From NCBI RefSeq assembly GCF_964204645.1, contig NC_134029.1:3472001-3536000 (forward strand): a stretch of 64,000 nt of DNA. Reading direction: 5' to 3'. Below, one piece after another: positions 40,201-64,000 of this stretch. The notes beneath the pieces were generated by a model. The model was not told where the DNA came from and searched no databases. It was given only the letters and a program-made list of their open reading frames with translations. The stretch comes from Tubulanus polymorphus. Lineage: Eukaryota > Animalia > Nemertea. Position 1 is the stretch's first letter. Every line of letters starts with the position of its first letter. Position numbers and translations under genes: made by a program.

Positions 40201-42613
40201 GGTCATTTCGATACAAAAGTAATTGATTGATCTATTTGTAATTAGGTTTAGTTAATATCTTTAACACTTGATTAAAAGATGGCTCGTCTGTCTTTGCAGG
40301 TCATACAAATCAACGAATGGCAAAGAAGACGTTTTGCCAGTCGGATCATCGAAGCCTTGTTTAACACCGTTACTAACAAGAAAATTGCGATTTTAGGATT
40401 TGCATTTAAGAAAGATACGGGTGATACAAGGTACACTTTGTGTCTCATTCAATTCCTCAACTCAAATGAAAAAAATATGACAAAATGTTCAATGTGGGCT
40501 TGTTGGATTATTTTACATTAGTTTTAAACCCAAGGGCTCATTTTCATTATGGACTGTCCTATGAATATCCATACAAAAGAATTAAGATCTGTACTAAGAT
40601 TTTTAAGACGACTGTGCAATTGGCCTTGGTAGGGTTTATTGAGTCTATAAAAATATTTGAAAAGTTCATTTACAGTTTTAAGTGTGTGGTTTGTTGGGTT
40701 CGATAAACGTTCTGTTTGTGTAGTACATGTATTGTATATAGGGATCTTTACAGGAGAAAGAATTGTCCTAAGTGTCATTGTAATTGTAACATGAAACCCA
40801 TGTCAAGGTACTCATTAGGCCCATTTACTCATTTATGGATTTACCTGTACTCTTCTAAGAAAACTCTCTTCAAAGAGAATATTTACAAATCTCCATGAAA
40901 AATAATATTCCCCACATGTGTCTATTTGGTTATTTATGAAAGAGTGGTTTCTTAGAGTTTGTCATTCCTTCGAATGAAGTTGCTTCAATACCAGTTTGCA
41001 TTTTTCACTATTATTACGGGGTATTTCAACATATTCGGGTGTTTTTCAGTGATGGATTTTAGTCGTAGAGGTAAAAAAACATTCAAACAATTCGCTATGG
41101 TAGATCATTTTAAAGTTGAGAAATGTGTGGCTTAATTTCGATACATTGGGGCTAAACTGCAGTAATTTTTCAGTCATTCATTCATTACTTTTACCCTATG
41201 AATTAAAAATGAAATGCAGCACTCAGTGTTGCCGCTATTCAATCCAGGCATGTGGTCCGTTGCATAAAAACCTGGAGAAAAATCTTTTTGAAAAAAAAAA
41301 TACAAATTTCTATTTATGTGTTATTATATTGCGTGATTCTTACTTCATCTTTTGTTTGAATGCTTCGTTTAGATTTTGTTTAAATCTTCGCTTTTTATCG
41401 CCTGATATTTTGACCTTTTTCATTGTGATGTTTTCTTTGGTTTCATGTATAAACTTCATTCAGTTTTTTGCTTGAAATCCTTGGTATTTATTTTTGAAAT
41501 GGCAAATACCCTACATAGTTTTGAGTAATGATAACTCCTGGGTTTAGCTTAAAGTTTTTGAAATGAAGGCTCACTCATTTTGGGAAGTGATGTTCCTTGA
41601 CTCAATTTTCAAAGCAATCAACCAAGCTGCATGTATGTTTCTTAGAGATGTTTCATTGTTTCTCCTCTTTTCAGAGAATCTGCCAGCATATACGTCAGTA
41701 AGTACTTACTCGAAGAAGGTGCTAATCTTACCATATACGACCCTAAAGTGGAACATGATCAGATTATATGGTAGGTTTACATGAGTATAATTGATGCCAA
41801 GAGTAATCGAACTGTATTTAAGATTTGCGTAGTACTCATAATCATTTCATGTTGCAGTGAGTTAACCCATCCTTCATTGTGCGATGATCCTGAAAGAGGT
41901 ATGATTGTTGGTTCTGAATTAGTTTGCCATTAAAATCTGTAGAATATAGATGTTCTTGAGATGAAATAACTACCTCTACAATATTTCATTTTTTCAGTGA
42001 ATAAACTAGTAACAGTTGAAAGTGATGTATACACTGCAACAGAGAATGCCCACTGTATTGTTATTGGCACTGAATGGGATATGTTCAAGGTAAATATATA
42101 CCAGGCAGAGATGGATCCAGGATTTTCAAGGTGGGGGTGCTGTGCTCTGGTCATCTTCGAGAAAATTTTGACAAATTAGTCCCATTTTCATGCATTCTGA
42201 GCATTTTATGCACTGCTAAATCATCTTACATATTTAAAATGTGCCTTGAACTTTGAAATATAGCATTGAAAAACTGAAAATGAATGATATGAGGTGCTCA
42301 AGCACCCAAAGCATTCCAATCCACACTTGCCAGGAAATTGCTTCACATAATTCACCATGATGGGGTCCAGTTTCATTCAACTCAAGTACAGTTGAAATAA
42401 TTTCATGTGACTGAAACACTTCTTTATTAATTTCCATTTCAGTCTTTAGATTTTCAGCGGATTTACAATAATATGATGAAACCTGCATTTATCTTCGACG
42501 GTCGAATGATTCTCAACCACGAAAAACTAGTTGAAATGGGATTCCATGTTGAGACAATCGGCAAGCGTATCGCACGTAAAGAAATTACTCGACCATTCGC
42601 GTTAACCATGTGA
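37262..42613 (+). CDS. UGDH: UDP-glucose 6-dehydrogenase. Exons 37262-37420, 37945-38082, 38280-38444, 38732-38929, 39193-39340, 39534-39628, 40300-40430, 41675-41770, 41858-41898, 41998-42089, 42443-42613
   Basis: '[13 protein letters not shown]', 'SVNTPTK', 'EKSTVPVR', '[11 protein letters not shown]', catalytic '[10 protein letters not shown]', '[14 protein letters not shown]' and 'PAFIFDGR'. Confidence 0.97.
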
Positions 42614-44121
42614 ATTTTTATAAAAAACGTCCATAAACAATAAGATAAACAGTAGACTATAGTCCGTGGTCTGTGCGAACCTGCTTATGGTTTTCACAGT
42701 GTTCAACATAATATCAAAAGGATCGTCATTGGCAAAAATGTTGGTCGCAATAAATAGTCGCAATTGTGAAGAAAACTTAACACTGCCTATATGTGAATAT
42801 AAAATTACACTGTATTCCAGAGATAAAGTGCATGTGAATTGAGTGAGATCGGGACCAAGTAGATTACTTATCAATTTTTTTACAAAGCCGTGTCAATTGC
42901 CTGGAGCTTACAGATATATTTCTAGGTAAATATTTTGTTTTTCTGCCAAAAATATTGTGAATGCATATGATTCTCAAGAACATTGCTTTGAAAAGAAGCT
43001 GCCTACATAGTCTAGGAGTTAGGCGTATGTTCTTCAGTAATAATCTGACCTCATATCGGTGCTATTATATAGGACAGTATGATACTGAAATAAGAAGTAA
43101 AAGTTATTTTCTGATCAGCTCTCAATGATTTATTTTATATCTATACCTGGTAATTTAGTCATTTCCGGTGGTATGTTATTTGTCAGTTGATCAGAAGATG
43201 TATGTATTCCAGAATTGTTTGTAATTGTGAAGTCACATTTATTGGGCAGAATTATTTGTTCCCTATTTAAAAATGTATGCTATCAAAGAGACAATTTTGT
43301 ATAATTAACTGGTGTGTCAGAAGGAGCTTAAATAAATTCAAACGAATCTATTTGAAATTAATAGCTTGTTCCCGTTGTTGTTGGCTCCCATCGTTTATCT
43401 TTTGCAATTTCTAACTTATTTCAAATAATTGCGCCTGTGCAAGCAGTTTAGCTAAATTGTGGGATTCGAACGTAATGCCACTGTGAATTCAACATTTGGC
43501 ATGTGAGTTTATCACTGCACTGCCGCTTTACCGATACGATAGCTGACAAAGGAGTTCTTAGGAGAAACTTAGAAATCTATCTAAACGCAAATTCTCCTTT
43601 GAAAAACTTAACAAATGAAAATTTTTGTTGGATACTAGACTGGTTACCGGTCTCTATCTTCAATTAGAATATTGAATGGGACAGGCAACCAGTCTAGTTG
43701 GATACGATATTCTTATTACTCGCATGCCATAGTAAGAAAATCGATCTGCGCCAGTTCTTTGCGCTCAGGTGCTGCCCCTATATAATTCGATAGCGGGAAA
43801 TACATGAACTAATTTACTACTCGCTTGCCATATTTTCGAAAGGCCTTGAGTGGCGCATAACCCGTGATAGTGATTGTAACATCGCAATAACATGATGTGA
43901 AAATCTATGAAACTAATCTGTCACAGTAAACCTCCCGTTTATATCAAATCCACAAATATAATATGAAGTTATTTTCGAAAAATATCCAAGCTGAAGTAAA
44001 TTCCATGACAAATTGAAACGCCACACCCGAAACAGTGCCAGATTTTTGCAGTACACAGTCCAGGGCTGATAAACGAAAGAACCCCTAACATTGGCATTAA
44101 TACATAGTGAGTCGCGTCTTT

Positions 44122-58395
<14,274 letters not shown>

Positions 58396-60683
58396 TCGTT
58401 GAACAACGTTAACCAGAGTTCATCATGTGAATTGAGTGTAGTAACATTTGGTTTTATCGATTATACATTTATGTTAATACAATATGAATCATTAAAGGTG
58501 TTTTGTTGAAATTTTAATAAGTACGAAAGTAAGTAGAGCTAGTGTGACGACTGGCTGCCATACGGGATCAAAGTATTGAAGTATATGCATCTCCAACAGT
58601 TCAATGTTGGCTGTGAAGGTCTTTAGGTTCCATTCACTGTTATTGTTATTCGACACAATTAAGAATAGATTAGTTTTAATTCCTCCCTCGCCGTCGTAGA
58701 ATCACGATTCAATGTGTTTATTTTCATTTTCAATTCATATAACAGTTGATAAATCAAGAATGTAGTTTGCATATAATGGTACTCACAGCACCAAATTGTA
58801 GTAAGCTATGGAGTAATGAATAGTATGCTGGGTAAATTCAAGCATCAAATCTAACTCACGGAATTGGATTCCATAGTTTACTTACTGTACTATAACTTTA
58901 GATATCTCCACATACATCCCTTGCTAATGCACTCGTTCGTTTTATGCAACTGTCAATCTGCAGTCCGTACCTACAACTCTCGGACTATTACCATCCTCAC
59001 AAAAACCGGTACTCAAAACTTTTGTCACTCGGACCCAAAACATTTTCTATCAAAATTATTTAGTTGTCATGAAGGTTTTATCATATCGAAAATCAGATCG
59101 TGATAGTCTGAGAGCATGCAGGGTACAGAGAACAGATTGATACCTGCCTGAATTTGAATCACCTGACTGTAAACTAACTCCTTTTATGCAACTGAAAAAT
59201 ATGGGTTAATGATGTTTTTCATAAGGTACCATTGAGGAAGCAATGTAAGAACTTATGTAAGTTCCAGATGTCTGATTTTGAATCTGTTGATTTGTTTACT
59301 CGAAGCAAATTTAGTTTAAAAAATACATAAACGCTTTTTACCTCTAGCAGGCAATCAGTAAGTTTTGTATATACATGTGCATACTAGAAATGTGATAAAA
59401 TCTTTTTTTGGTTTGTTTTTTGATAATGATAGTCTGTATGATAATATCTATTAGTAATTATCATGATAATAATAGTAACAATAATATTAATGATATTAAT
59501 TATATTGATAGATGTCAGTATTTTATATGGCAACACTAAGTGTTGAGAGGTGTGTCTATTTTGTAAATAATGATGTTTCTACTTCTGAATGTTGTAACGT
59601 AACTTACTTCCTTCTATACTGTACTGATTTATACGTTTTACCCGCTGTTGTTAACTGAGTGTAACTTATTATTATAGAGCTTTTATAAATTGGATATGAA
59701 TATTTCGTTATCAAAGAAGAAACGAATCGTGCAACGCAAAGGTTTTTTCTTTTTAGAAAACTGAATCCTTATTCGTGCTCTTTACAATGAAAGTACGTTG
59801 GTGCTAGGAGCACTTTTGTTGAAGCATAAATTTGAAGTATTCGATAAGTCAGATATAAGTTTCATGTGCGATGAGGTACTAGAAGACATTATTTCGACTT
59901 ACATCTAATCACTTTGGTTGTTTTCGTTATAGCTATTTGTAAAATTTTGAGTTACATCTAGTAAGTAGTCATATTTTGATTTAGAATATCCCCTATGCTC
60001 TTTAGATGTGAGGTCAGTAGCGTGTTTGTTGTGAGTAGTTTTAATTCCCTTGGTACCCCACTTGACGCCAAATGAAAGCTGCAATCTGTATCCATTAAAT
60101 ATATTATGATAATGAAACCTTCTTAATTTAGTTTCCTTTACTAAATTACACGATCTATACTGTTGAGACTCGATGGTGTGATGCACTGTAAGCTCCTCTG
60201 TTGTGCTCGTGTATTATGCTTATTGGTGCACACTGCAAAATCCCCTTGAAAAAACCTTTGCATGAGTCAAAAATATGTTTATCAAATATGAAATATTAAT
60301 TTTTACTATAACATTGTCTTCGTTCGTTTATTGGGTTGCAAGGCTCTAGTTTTAAAGTTTCTACCCCAAGAATGGTTTTATTTGATGTTCCAGCAGGGTC
60401 CCAAAGACCCGAACTTCTATAAAATGGAAAATGCTTTTAAGGATGCTTGAAACTCTGATTTGGGTAAATGCCTGAAACTCCTTGAAATCTCGCCCAGTAA
60501 AAATAATAGCGATCTAGTGTTGCCCCTATGCATAACGATAGTGCAAAAATATGAAAAAATCTTAACTTAAGGAAACCCTGAGAGAAATAAACTAACATCT
60601 CGCAAGCAATTGCTTCCATCCTACCACAGGTAGCATAATTTATTCAATAAGACATAGAATTTTAAGAAACTTGTCCCCCTTGT

Positions 60684-64000
<3,317 letters not shown>

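Overview
Eukaryotic, gene-dense, AT-rich animal genomic DNA with short GT-AG introns, probably from a marine invertebrate (spiralian-like; the taxon is an inference). The supplied ORF track mostly shows exon fragments, so I rebuilt spliced gene models by hand. Eleven protein-coding genes: ubinuclein (partial, -), ANKRD46 (-), ADPGK (-), a CCPG1/PBXIP1-like ER protein (+), AKAP17A (-), a GH27 alpha-NAGA/alpha-galactosidase (-), MITD1 (+), GEMIN8 (-), UGDH (+), NEDD4 (+) and HARS (partial, -). Introns carry MITE-like, LINE and SINE fragments. Main findings: (1) the GH27 gene has two tandem, frame-incompatible copies of the exon encoding the substrate-specificity loop, one alpha-galactosidase-type (SCENPV) and one NAGA-type (SCSWPA), so one gene may switch enzyme specificity by mutually exclusive splicing; (2) NEDD4 carries 15 symmetric phase-2 exons that add 12 mostly degenerate WW domains and an internal LPSY motif; (3) AKAP17A ends in UGA-CUAG followed by 72 open in-frame codons, a readthrough candidate; (4) an apparent invertebrate CCPG1 ER-phagy receptor; (5) a minimal hammerhead ribozyme inside a perfect 43-bp inverted repeat in a NEDD4 intron. 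Homolog comparisons are from memory, and no database searches were run.
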